A DNA stretch of 64,000 nt, from the IMG/VR virus record IMGVR_UViG_3300032242_000965, positions 1-64,000 of that record. The stretch is one strand, 5' to 3'. Positions 47,539 through 56,403 of the stretch are shown one piece after another. The stretch's first letter is position 1, and each line of letters begins with the position of its first letter. Source of the stretch: a virus. The position numbers and the translations under genes were made by a program. The notes under the pieces are model-generated. The model made no database searches. It saw only the letters and a list, made by a program, of their open reading frames with translations, and was not told the origin of the DNA.

Positions 47539-48218
47539 TATTTCTCCATTAGTTTATTAACGAAATCTAATAATAGTGTATGATGTGTACCGTGATGATA
47601 CTTACCCTTCATCCAACTATAACTATCATACCAAAACTGTTCACTCTCTGGGTGACAACCTATTAGACCGATTCTATTTTGAATAATAGCCATCGGATCG
47701 TTATTACTATATGTAGCAATAGTTTCGAACTTCAAATTATTTCCTACTAATGCACAACCATCATACCAAAACATATTCATAGGTGTATCTTGCCAAGTAA
47801 CTGATATATTTTTAGCATGTGGTCTTCTTGTATCTGTGCCGGGGCGGCTTAAATATTGCACAGCATCAACACCATCTAGTATATTAAAGTAGTGACTGCC
47901 GGCCCAGTATGCACCCATGCATATACCCAAATAACGTCCACCTTTGTTAACGAAATCACGTATTGCTTTTTTGTTGGGCTTTAATAGTTTATCATATGTA
48001 TCACTATCACCAAATCCACCGGGGAAAGCAACCATATCAACATCATCAAAGAAACCCTTTTCCATTTCATTCTTTGAGAATAAACGGAATTCATAATCCG
48101 AGGATAGTGCTTTGATTATTCCGTTTCCAGACTGAACCGAGCATCTTGGATCATGCACGAAAAGTGCTATTTTTGGCTTCATTTTACACCAGATGTTGTT
48201 TGAATATTTGCCAGGCAT
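47538..48218 (-). CDS. BPL_N-like class I glutamine amidotransferase-fold protein
   Basis: FPGG, GGRYLGICMGAY, GCHPE (C-H-E triad); start may be MKPK at 48182. Confidence 0.85.
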   Translation of the reverse strand: MPGKYSNNIWCKMKPKIALFVHDPRCSVQSGNGIIKALSSDYEFRLFSKNEMEKGFFDDVDMVAFPGGFGDSDTYDKLLKPNKKAIRDFVNKGGRYLGICMGAYWAGSHYFNILDGVDAVQYLSRPGTDTRRPHAKNISVTWQDTPMNMFWYDGCALVGNNLKFETIATYSNNDPMAIIQNRIGLIGCHPESEQFWYDSYSWMKGKYHHGTHHTLLLDFVNKLMEK

Positions 48219-49173
48219 TAGACCAACTCCAACGCTGACTTCCTTTTTCTACTACATCTCTATTTAACCCCAAGCAACGATCCACTGCTATTTTCAGGTC
48301 ATCATCCATGAAACCTGTTATCCCGCTATCAATTACATCTAATGGACCGTCTGCAGGATATGCTGCAACGGGAGTTCCACAAGCCATTGCCTCTATCATC
48401 ACTAATCCAAATGTTTCCCAACGACTAGGAAACACAAATACTTCTGCATTAGCGTAATACTGTGCTAATTCTCTACCTCTCTTAGCCCCTGCAAAATGTA
48501 CGTCGGGGTACATCTTTTTATAAGTTTCTAACATAGGACCATCACCTACCATAATCTTTAAATAATCCGGATAGTCTAATTTAAAGAAATCCTCAAGATT
48601 CTTTTCTTTACTAACACGACTAACACATAAGATATACTTAGCAGTTGTTTTTTCTCTTAAATCAGGTGTAAAGATTTCGCGGTCTACTCCTCTAGTCCAA
48701 CTAACAATCTCACCATCAAACCCATGACTATGCAAATCTTTAACCATTGTATCTGTAGTAGTTAATACTTTACCTGCATGTTTATGAAACCAACGAACAT
48801 ATGCCCATGTAATAGTTTCAGGTACACCTATTAGTTTCTTTATACCTTCAGGAAACTTAGTATGGTAAGCAGTATTGTACCTAATACTACGTTTTGTAAG
48901 ATATTTTCTAGCAGACAAACCAAGAGGACCTTCTGTGGCGATATGGATATGATCCGGGTTAATCTCCTTAATCGTCTGGCCGATTTTCCTGGGGTAGGTA
49001 ATCTTGACTTCATTGTACATAGGGCAATCAACATAGCCGTACCTCCCGGGGTCAATATATACAACATTATAACCATCAAGAACCGCACACGCCTCAATGT
49101 TTTTGTATGTAGTAACAACGCCATTTATTTGATTAGGTAAGTTGTCTGTTACTATTAATATCGTCTTTGTCAT
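48184..49173 (-). CDS. GT4 glycosyltransferase, Agt-like diacylglycerol glycosyltransferase
   Basis: IVTD-QINGVV, HIATEGPLG, YHTKFPE, RVSKEKN, ETFGLVMIEAMACGTPV. Confidence 0.85.
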   Translation of the reverse strand: MTKTILIVTDNLPNQINGVVTTYKNIEACAVLDGYNVVYIDPGRYGYVDCPMYNEVKITYPRKIGQTIKEINPDHIHIATEGPLGLSARKYLTKRSIRYNTAYHTKFPEGIKKLIGVPETITWAYVRWFHKHAGKVLTTTDTMVKDLHSHGFDGEIVSWTRGVDREIFTPDLREKTTAKYILCVSRVSKEKNLEDFFKLDYPDYLKIMVGDGPMLETYKKMYPDVHFAGAKRGRELAQYYANAEVFVFPSRWETFGLVMIEAMACGTPVAAYPADGPLDVIDSGITGFMDDDLKIAVDRCLGLNRDVVEKGSQRWSWSNAWQIFKQHLV

Positions 49174-49921
49174 TTTCTTTAGTCCATGTTATTATTTCCC
49201 AGGTACCTTCCCAGGTTTCTACTAATGCTGTGCAACTTTCTACCCAGTCACCATCATTCATATAGACTATATCATCTACTAATTTTATTTCAGCATGATG
49301 AATATGACCACAAATTACACCGTCAAATCCCCTTTTCTTACAGTATGCTATAAGATTTTTTTCAAATTGGAATATGAAGTCAACTGCTTTCTTTACTCTT
49401 CCCTTAAGATATTGGCTAAGACTAAAGTACCCAAAACCCATACGATGGCGTAGCCAATTGAATTTAGTATTGAACGAAAGAATGAAGTCATATGCTTTAT
49501 CTCCTAAGAATGTTAGCCAAGGTGCTAATCTTGTTATACCGTCAAACATGTCGCCATGTATAACTAAGTAATGTTTACCATCTAATCCTATATGTTCACA
49601 TTGATTACAGACTTCAACATTACCAAAGCCAATATTATATGGCATTAGTGGTCTAAGAAACTCATCGTGATTCCCAGCAACATAAATAACTCTGGTACCA
49701 CGCTTACTATGACCAAGAATACGGCGAACCACATTTGTATGCGATTGTTTCCATCGCCATTTGTTTTGTTGAATTCTCCACACATCTAGTATGTCTCCTA
49801 CTAAGTAGAGAGTATCACATGTATTATGTTTAAGGAAGTTGTTTAATGCATCTGCCTTGCTATCACGTGTACCTAAATGTACATCACTAATAAAAATTGA
49901 GCGATAGGTTCTCTGTGTCAT
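49133..49921 (-). CDS. LpxH-family metallophosphoesterase, PlcP-like phospholipase C
   Basis: ISDVHLG, LVGDILD, GNHDE, HGD, CGHIH, NDGDWVESCTAL; start MTQRTY 5 nt after TAAATA. Confidence 0.85.
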   Translation of the reverse strand: MTQRTYRSIFISDVHLGTRDSKADALNNFLKHNTCDTLYLVGDILDVWRIQQNKWRWKQSHTNVVRRILGHSKRGTRVIYVAGNHDEFLRPLMPYNIGFGNVEVCNQCEHIGLDGKHYLVIHGDMFDGITRLAPWLTFLGDKAYDFILSFNTKFNWLRHRMGFGYFSLSQYLKGRVKKAVDFIFQFEKNLIAYCKKRGFDGVICGHIHHAEIKLVDDIVYMNDGDWVESCTALVETWEGTWEIITWTKENDKDDINSNRQLT

Positions 49922-49975
49922 AACAATATTTATCGGATAAATCCATGATATATTGTGACAAACGTGTGACAATGG

Positions 49976-49995
49976 AAAACCCTCTAAGAGGGTTT
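49976..49995. terminator. Terminator hairpin
   Basis: AAACCCTC-TAA-GAGGGTTT. Confidence 0.7.
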
Positions 49996-50015
49996 AATAA
50001 AGGAATACAATAAAT

Positions 50016-50267
50016 TTATTTTTTTGTTTCTTTTACTGGATGAGGCTCTTTACTGATTGGATCAAAATGGGGTGCAATACGTTCCATTTCTTCCGGTGTA
50101 GCAAAACGTTTAGGTTCTGTCAATGTATTTGGAAGCCATAATTGTACAGGTTTCCAAAATTTATGAATGAGGTTATTAATCACAATAACCCCTGCAACTA
50201 CAACTGTAAATCCTAGCATAGTCAATATACTACCTGCTAAGAATACTGCGGCTTGATCCATATCCAT
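50016..50267 (-). CDS. Single-TM hypothetical protein
   Basis: N-terminal hydrophobic helix. Confidence 0.65.
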   Translation of the reverse strand: MDMDQAAVFLAGSILTMLGFTVVVAGVIVINNLIHKFWKPVQLWLPNTLTEPKRFATPEEMERIAPHFDPISKEPHPVKETKK

Positions 50268-50268
50268 A

Positions 50269-50397
50269 TTAGATAGTCTCGTAATCTTCTTTGCCTACAC
50301 CGCACTCAGGGCATAGAAAGTCTTCAGGTAAATCTTCCCATTTACCTTCTGTTTCTTCATCGTGGATGTGTCCACATACTACGCATATATGTTCCAT
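50269..50397 (-). CDS. Rubredoxin (42 aa)
   Basis: Hand-translated MEHICVVCGHIHDEETEGKWEDLPEDFLCPECGVGKEDYETI; two CxxCG knuckles; TAATG-coupled to rubrerythrin. Confidence 0.92.
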   Translation of the reverse strand: MEHICVVCGHIHDEETEGKWEDLPEDFLCPECGVGKEDYETI

Positions 50398-50849
50398 TAT
50401 TGGACCTCCTGTAACATTCTTTGATAAGCACTGGCATGACGTTCTTCAACTTTCTTTAGTGCGGCAAAACGCTTTTCTGCCTTTTCTAGTAGTTCAATAA
50501 ACTCACGTGCATGTTCTTTGCTTTCTGTGATTTGTTCTTCGGCCTCTTTAGCGGCTTCAATGTTACCTTCACTCTCAGCGATTGCTTGGAATTGTGGGTA
50601 CATTGTAGTGAATTCATATGTTTCACCGTCGATTGCTTTTTGTAAACATTCTTTTGTACTTGGCTTACCGATTAATAACTCTAGGTGTCCCCAGGCATGT
50701 TTAATCTCTTGGTCTGCTGTATGTTCAAAATGTTTTGCTACATCTTCAAAGCCTTCTTCACGTGCGATACGTGCAAAATAGCGATACTTGATGTGAGCCA
50801 TACTTTCACCTGCTAATGCAGATTCTAAATTTGCTAATGTTGCTGACAT
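50397..50849 (-). CDS. Rubrerythrin-family di-iron protein
   Basis: AGESMA, EIKHA, GETYE-x3-MYP, ESKEHA, VEERHA. Confidence 0.92.
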   Translation of the reverse strand: MSATLANLESALAGESMAHIKYRYFARIAREEGFEDVAKHFEHTADQEIKHAWGHLELLIGKPSTKECLQKAIDGETYEFTTMYPQFQAIAESEGNIEAAKEAEEQITESKEHAREFIELLEKAEKRFAALKKVEERHASAYQRMLQEVQ

Positions 50850-50858
50850 GTTTTTCCT

Positions 50859-51107
50859 TTATTTAATTTCTGGTAATCTTTTGATACTCTTGTGTTTGAC
50901 AATTATAACATTGTTAATTTTATTTTCAAACATAATGGGTAAATCTAAATGAACCGTTACATAAGGTCCATCGACTGGGTTTAATTGTGTATCATTGCCT
51001 ATTGTGCCCATAAACGGGATATCATTCCATGTACCTGTAACACGATCACCAATATTATATTTACTTTTGTAGGTTACTCTATCAAAATAATCTTTTAGAC
51101 TTGCCAT
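50859..51107 (-). CDS. Hypothetical protein (SH3/KOW-like)
   Basis: YNIGDRV start of a beta-barrel pattern. Confidence 0.6.
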   Translation of the reverse strand: MASLKDYFDRVTYKSKYNIGDRVTGTWNDIPFMGTIGNDTQLNPVDGPYVTVHLDLPIMFENKINNVIIVKHKSIKRLPEIK

Positions 51108-51108
51108 A

Positions 51109-52056
51109 TTATATCCTTCTTTTATTAAGAACTACTTCAGGAGCACAATGACAACCTAGTTGTCTACATATTACAGGTTCAATTACTGGGTTAAAAACTT
51201 CAATGAAGTTCTTATCGTGTATTGAATAGTAATCTCTTTTACCAAATAAGAATTGCCCACATGTTCCTGTAAGACAACCATTGAAACTTATAAAAAGGTA
51301 ATTAACACCTAATGTACAACTCCATCCTACAAAGTTATTTAATGAATGCATGATAGGATAGTTTTCGTTTTCGGGTTTTACTATACTACCATTATCAAAT
51401 AACAATGAGATATGATTTGTTACACTATTGGTTATACCCTTTTTGTGATTCAATACATATTCAGATTGTGACGTAGTATACTCTATTTCTCCATTAATGT
51501 AAACTGGTTTGGAACTAAGAGAAAAATCAACACCCGATGATTTCAATTCGTCAACTATACTAACACACTTATCCCAATGTGTGTGATCCATTAATACATT
51601 CACACCAAATGTAACATTCTTATCAATTAGTATTTTAGTTAACTCAATAATATGGGAAACATCCACTTGTTCATGGTGTACGCTAACACTAACATTATTA
51701 AACAAATGCCCATACTCTTTCCACCAACGTAATGTGCGTGATCCATTAGTCATTATCTTTATTTCACAACCTGTATGTTGAATTACATATTCTAAAAATT
51801 CTTCAATGTCAGGCCATAATGTAGGTTCTCCGCCACCTAATACTAACTTAATATGTTCTATATTTTGATTGTTGCGATAATAGTTAATCAAATGAACCAT
51901 GTTCTTTTTTACTATATCAACATCAGGCCAAGGCATGACACCAGTATTACATCCTGGAAAACAGTACCAGCATTTGTAATTACATATATCACTAGGTGTA
52001 TAACTAATCTCTAATGAGTTAGTTGCCTTAGTGTTTTTAATTTCTATAAGTTTCAT
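51109..52056 (-). CDS. Radical SAM protein with C-terminal Cys-rich (SPASM/twitch-like) region
   Basis: CNYKCWYC, GGEPT, TNGS. Confidence 0.9.
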   Translation of the reverse strand: MKLIEIKNTKATNSLEISYTPSDICNYKCWYCFPGCNTGVMPWPDVDIVKKNMVHLINYYRNNQNIEHIKLVLGGGEPTLWPDIEEFLEYVIQHTGCEIKIMTNGSRTLRWWKEYGHLFNNVSVSVHHEQVDVSHIIELTKILIDKNVTFGVNVLMDHTHWDKCVSIVDELKSSGVDFSLSSKPVYINGEIEYTTSQSEYVLNHKKGITNSVTNHISLLFDNGSIVKPENENYPIMHSLNNFVGWSCTLGVNYLFISFNGCLTGTCGQFLFGKRDYYSIHDKNFIEVFNPVIEPVICRQLGCHCAPEVVLNKRRI

Positions 52057-52060
52057 AAGG

Positions 52061-52083
52061 AAAAAGGCTCCGAAGAGCCTTTT
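52061..52083. terminator. Rho-independent terminator
   Basis: AAAAGGCTC-CGAA-GAGCCTTTT (TTCG loop on the minus strand). Confidence 0.9.
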
Positions 52084-52101
52084 ATGAAAGATTTCTAAAT
52101 T

Positions 52102-52647
52102 TTAGAAACCACGTGTATATGCTACTGCAACAACTTTTTGATTATTGTCACCGTTAACACGGTCATACTTCAATGCAACTGTATCTTCTTTGCTTAATGC
52201 ATAAGCCAAAGAATAACGTGCTGTATGTGTTTGGTCATTGTTTTGTGTGCTATCAAAAGCAGAACGGAAACGATATCCAACTTTAGCAGTTAAACCAGCA
52301 ACACCCGGAACTGCTACTGCAATACCTGGCTCAACTGAGTAGTATGTAAAGTCTGTAGTATTAGTATACTTTTGACCAACTGCAGCACGTGCATATAAAC
52401 CAACTGGGCCATTAACTGTAGCACCTGCTTCTAAGCGTGTGCTTAGTGCGTTAGTACCTTCAGTTTGTGCATTAGAGAAAGCCAAGTCACCAGCAAAGCC
52501 ACTGAACTCTTTCTTTACGCCCAAAACATATTGTTGTTGTGCGGCTGCACCTGCGTTGTTGATATGTTGACCTTCAACTGTGAAACTATCTGCGGCCATA
52601 GCGCCAAATGCAGCTAAAACCAATGTTGCGATTGCAATTTTCTTCAT
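52102..52647 (-). CDS. Outer-membrane beta-barrel protein (porin-like)
   Basis: Sec signal ending AMA, alternating amphipathic strands, C-terminal Y-x-x-x-F. Confidence 0.8.
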   Translation of the reverse strand: MKKIAIATLVLAAFGAMAADSFTVEGQHINNAGAAAQQQYVLGVKKEFSGFAGDLAFSNAQTEGTNALSTRLEAGATVNGPVGLYARAAVGQKYTNTTDFTYYSVEPGIAVAVPGVAGLTAKVGYRFRSAFDSTQNNDQTHTARYSLAYALSKEDTVALKYDRVNGDNNQKVVAVAYTRGF

Positions 52648-52720
52648 ATTTTATTTCCTTTTAAATTATGTTTTTTTAAAACATAGCCTAATATTTAGCG
52701 CAAAAAGATTGCGTAATATA

Positions 52721-53020
52721 TTAAGTGTTATCTGGGGGTAACCCATTACTATGTCTGTCACGTACTTCATCCAAATCTTGGAACATTCTTTGCTCTTGTG
52801 TGGTTAATTCCTTGAATGTTTTTCTAGGATTACCACATAAAGCGCATTCTGGATTACCGCAGTCCATAGCGTGGTGTTTAGCAAACTTATGAGGTTCTTT
52901 AACGTCCATTCCATGTTCTTTAGCAATCTTAGTTTGCTTTTTAATAGCGTTTTCATCTTGGTGTAAACGCTTAGAGTGTTTGAATTTGTCTTGTTCGGTG
53001 CTCATAGTATAATAATACAC
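52721..53020 (-). CDS. Hypothetical protein with Cys cluster
   Basis: HHAMDCGNPECALCGNPR; start probably MSTEQ. Confidence 0.65.
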   Translation of the reverse strand: MYYYTMSTEQDKFKHSKRLHQDENAIKKQTKIAKEHGMDVKEPHKFAKHHAMDCGNPECALCGNPRKTFKELTTQEQRMFQDLDEVRDRHSNGLPPDNT

Positions 53021-53024
53021 TAAA

Positions 53025-53735
53025 CTATGTTGCTTGTCTAGCCTTTGCTAGCCCAAATACACTAAATATGGTCAACCACATATAACCTATATCGAATTCA
53101 TACCACTTCTTAGAGAGACGGGTACTCGCTGGGTCCAAATGGTGGTTGTTGTGCAATTCTTCACCACCAATAATAATACCCCAAGGACTAATATTACGAC
53201 TACAATCTTTAGTTTCGCCATTTCTATATCCTATAAAATGTCCAATGCCGTTTATAACTCCGGCTGCCCAAAAGGGTATCCATATCATTTGTATACCCCA
53301 TATCAATATTCCCCAATATCCAAATACTAACGTATTGAACACAAAGAGAATGCCAATGCCAAGTCTGGAGTGAGGAGTGTATATGTTGTGCTCCATCCAA
53401 TCAGAAGGAGTACCAACACCGTATGTATCAACCATGACTTTATCTTTTGATGCTTCATTATATAAAAATGCTCCTTTAAAGAAAACTCTTTTTATCCCAT
53501 ACACATGTGGGCTATGGGGGTCACCTTCTACGTCACTGTATCTATGATGCTTGCGGTGTATTGCTACCCATTGCTTTGTTACCATGCCGGTAGTAAGCCA
53601 CAACCAGAAACGCATAAAGTGACTTAATATAGGGTGAAAGATTATTCCTTTGTGTGCCTGGCCTCTATGTAAGAATAGAGTGACACAAATGATAGTAATA
53701 TGTGTTACTATCAATGTATAGATTAGATATGTCAT
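53025..53735 (-). CDS. Membrane fatty-acid (acyl-CoA, delta-9 type) desaturase
   Basis: His boxes HRGQAH, HRKHH, HNNHH; DPHSP; WYEFDIG. Confidence 0.93.
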   Translation of the reverse strand: MTYLIYTLIVTHITIICVTLFLHRGQAHKGIIFHPILSHFMRFWLWLTTGMVTKQWVAIHRKHHRYSDVEGDPHSPHVYGIKRVFFKGAFLYNEASKDKVMVDTYGVGTPSDWMEHNIYTPHSRLGIGILFVFNTLVFGYWGILIWGIQMIWIPFWAAGVINGIGHFIGYRNGETKDCSRNISPWGIIIGGEELHNNHHLDPASTRLSKKWYEFDIGYMWLTIFSVFGLAKARQAT

Positions 53736-53766
53736 ACTCTATTTAGTTAAAAGAGTATGATTTTGG

Positions 53767-53979
53767 TCATTTCTTAGGTTTATTACAGTTTGGATCTTTG
53801 CAAATAGTAGTTCGTTTGGTATCACAATCAGGGCAATTCTTTATAGTTGCACGACTAGGCATATAACTTACCTTTTCATACTTACCCGGTTTATCATTTT
53901 TGCTATAACACATTGTAGACTCTTGCATAAGAACTCTCCTATACATATATAACGCGGTAGCAATAGTTTCCGTTGACAA
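53767..53979 (-). CDS. Possible small Cys-rich protein
   Basis: CPDC ... CKDPNC; TTG start uncertain. Confidence 0.4.
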   Translation of the reverse strand: MSTETIATALYMYRRVLMQESTMCYSKNDKPGKYEKVSYMPSRATIKNCPDCDTKRTTICKDPNCNKPKK

Positions 53980-54003
53980 AAGGAAACCTGCCGAAGCAGG
54001 TCC
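53978..54003 (-). terminator. tmRNA terminator
   Basis: ACCTGC-TTCG-GCAGGT followed by TTCCTTTT. Confidence 0.8.
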
Positions 54004-54400
54004 TGAGTTTCTGTTACGAGGTATTTCTTACCCTAGGATGCTTTTATCAAGCAGCCAATGCGAACTGTGAGTCGTTTGCTTTTACTTTTTTTGCTTCTTC
54101 GGTCGGGTCTAACGTCTTTCTATGCTATGGGCATAGCGACTATTACTTTTCCCCCAACCCTAACGGCTTCTACATTGCCGGACTGTCCATTTCATTACTC
54201 TTGACCCTGTCGAATCTAGGTCAGGCCCATCAAAAACATACTATGGTCTATCCGCACTTATAGGTTTCCCTAGAGTAATCCGGTGTACCAGCCCTGATCC
54301 CAACCTTTCGATTTTGTAGAGATTTAAGTATGTTTATGGTGGACCTGGCGGGATTCGCACCCGCGTCCAGAATCCTTTTCAATTCACTTCATACAGTCTT
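53978..54400 (-). ncRNA. ssrA: Circularly permuted (two-piece) tmRNA
   Basis: Acceptor piece ...GGAC GCGGG TGCGAAT CCCGC CAGGTCC ACCA (3' end 54337) precedes the coding piece starting GGGCCTG ACCTAGATTCGAC (54228); 7-bp acceptor stem with G3.U; tag GCA...TGA at 54079-54047 = ANDSQFALAA. Confidence 0.93.
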
Positions 54401-54409
54401 AACTTGTAT

Positions 54410-55681
54410 TTAATCACAACTAAACAATTCTGTAAACATATTTTGGACATATTGACTGTTGTTCTTTCTAAAGACCCAAACAGGTTCTATAAATACACCG
54501 TTCTTACTATTGTCTACAATATTGTGAGGTCTTACTTGCAATCTCATTCCAATCTTACCCAAATAGTGTGCATTTGGGTATGTCAAAATATCGTCAACCA
54601 TATCATCGCATAAGTTCAATCGTGTACCTTTTGCGATTCTAGGTTCAATGATATTAATCATCATATATGCATCATCACGTAATGTATCCCAAATCATGCG
54701 ATTCACTTTGAAAAAGAAGTCATTTTTCCAACTATCAAATGAGGGATATCTACTATAACTCTGTGTCTCACTATTGTTACTTGCATAGCGTTCTGTTTCA
54801 TAGTACGGAGGACTAGTAAAGTAAAAATCAAATTCATTATGATGCTTACTCCAATCTACATCTTCACTAGGTAGATTATATATTGTTACTGATTTACTAC
54901 CAACACAAGTAAAGTAATTATCATATTCTGTTAGTATAGGAGCATGTCCTAACAATCGTTCATACTCAATGCATTGTTGTTTATAAGTATTATAAACTTC
55001 TGGATTAGGATCACATCCTACGTATTTCTCTGTACATCTTGTACCATAGAATCCTGCAAGTCTATCTCCCCAACCACAACTAGTATCTAGTACGTTGACT
55101 GCATCATGTTTTTCATACAATGCTTTTGCAACACTAGGTTTGAATTGTGTTGCAGTATATGTACCAATTCTAAATCCTTCACGGAACATACTATCGTTAA
55201 TATCTCTATTAGCAATGACACCTAATCTCCAGAACTGCCAATTCATCTTTTTTAGTTGATCCATACTATGCCAAATATCCCAGGGACTAGATACAAGATT
55301 ACTACCACACTTCATACGATTTTCTTGTTGAAAGTAATTGCTAACACTATTATAAACGTGTGACTTATCTATAACACCTAATGGGTTATCTTCATACTTA
55401 TATTTGTAATCAACTTTTTCTAATACAACATCAAAGTCTTTATATTCACCCATCATTGATGTATTACGAAACTGTAAAAACAATTCGTTAAGTTCACTTT
55501 TTTCAATGATTCTACTTGGGAAAGGTATGTTGTTACTAGTGATATATTCTGCTAGTGTGTCTCTGATATCTTCTTTGGAATATAGTTGTATAAATTCTTT
55601 CCAATCAACATTACTAATATTAGGTATTCCCCTACTATCGACATGAGTTTGGATATAAGTTAATACGGATTGGTTGAGCAT
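54410..55681 (-). CDS. Amino-group DNA methyltransferase (N4-C or N6-A)
   Basis: SAM motif LDTSCGWGDRL followed by catalytic TSPPY. Confidence 0.8.
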   Translation of the reverse strand: MLNQSVLTYIQTHVDSRGIPNISNVDWKEFIQLYSKEDIRDTLAEYITSNNIPFPSRIIEKSELNELFLQFRNTSMMGEYKDFDVVLEKVDYKYKYEDNPLGVIDKSHVYNSVSNYFQQENRMKCGSNLVSSPWDIWHSMDQLKKMNWQFWRLGVIANRDINDSMFREGFRIGTYTATQFKPSVAKALYEKHDAVNVLDTSCGWGDRLAGFYGTRCTEKYVGCDPNPEVYNTYKQQCIEYERLLGHAPILTEYDNYFTCVGSKSVTIYNLPSEDVDWSKHHNEFDFYFTSPPYYETERYASNNSETQSYSRYPSFDSWKNDFFFKVNRMIWDTLRDDAYMMINIIEPRIAKGTRLNLCDDMVDDILTYPNAHYLGKIGMRLQVRPHNIVDNSKNGVFIEPVWVFRKNNSQYVQNMFTELFSCD

Positions 55682-55717
55682 ATTACTATTGTAACATACT
55701 AATTTGTAATTTGCAAA

Positions 55718-55900
55718 TTATTCTTTAGTAGTCTGGTGACAACTACCCACAAGTGTTTTATGTTTGGCTTTGTATTCTTGTCGTTTTTGTTCTGGTGCCT
55801 GCTGACACTCTTGCTTAGTTTTATATTTTGGTGATTCACCGGACTCAGGTGTAGGGCCTAATATGCTGAATGTTAATACCCATAATAAATTCTTGACCAT
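55718..55900 (-). CDS. Small hypothetical protein
   Basis: Y-x-T-x-x-EC ... C pattern, hydrophobic N-terminus. Confidence 0.5.
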   Translation of the reverse strand: MVKNLLWVLTFSILGPTPESGESPKYKTKQECQQAPEQKRQEYKAKHKTLVGSCHQTTKE

Positions 55901-56010
55901 ATTGCAATTTAGTCACCCATTGTGTCGTTATAGTTTATTATCCATACTACTGCTATTGCACAGATTAAAGTTATTATGGCTTCAAAATATTCCATGATGA
56001 ATTAATTATT

Positions 56011-56391
56011 TTATAATCTTTCAAGTGGATCCCAAGCCAATGTACTATCATTCCAATAATATTGTATTGTGTCGGTAGACGGGGGTTGTGGTATTGGGGG
56101 TTTCCAAGTCCAATCTGAACTATCCATTGACCAACTGGCATATGGTCTTAATGGATAAAATACATCATTTATTCTATCATACTTTCCACCAATTATTGCA
56201 CTATTTCCCCTAAGCGGTTTACCACCATCCGGTTTGCCGTTTACATCATAATGCATATTACGTCTTGTAAATGGATCAGTTTCTATCCAATTATGCGGAT
56301 CCCCAAATTTACCGGAATCAATAGTATGTTTATCACATATGATAATATTAATCACAATGTTATTGTCGTTGATTTGTGCAAAATGACTCAT
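56011..56391 (-). CDS. Hypothetical partner of the Gly-rich protein (fibre-assembly-like)
   Basis: MSHFAQI, YDxxxDVF-x-P-x-PY-x-SW, W-x-PP-x-P, YYWND. Confidence 0.65.
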   Translation of the reverse strand: MSHFAQINDNNIVINIIICDKHTIDSGKFGDPHNWIETDPFTRRNMHYDVNGKPDGGKPLRGNSAIIGGKYDRINDVFYPLRPYASWSMDSSDWTWKPPIPQPPSTDTIQYYWNDSTLAWDPLERL

Positions 56392-56403
56392 AAAATTAAA
56401 AAA

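Noticed and set aside
50291-50500. 69-aa plus-strand ORF
   Set aside because: Antisense to rubredoxin and rubrerythrin
53973-54263. 96-aa plus-strand ORF
   Set aside because: Antisense shadow of the tmRNA
54337-54370. tRNA gene
   Set aside because: T-arm and ACCA have no D or anticodon arms in tRNA order; explained as the tmRNA acceptor piece
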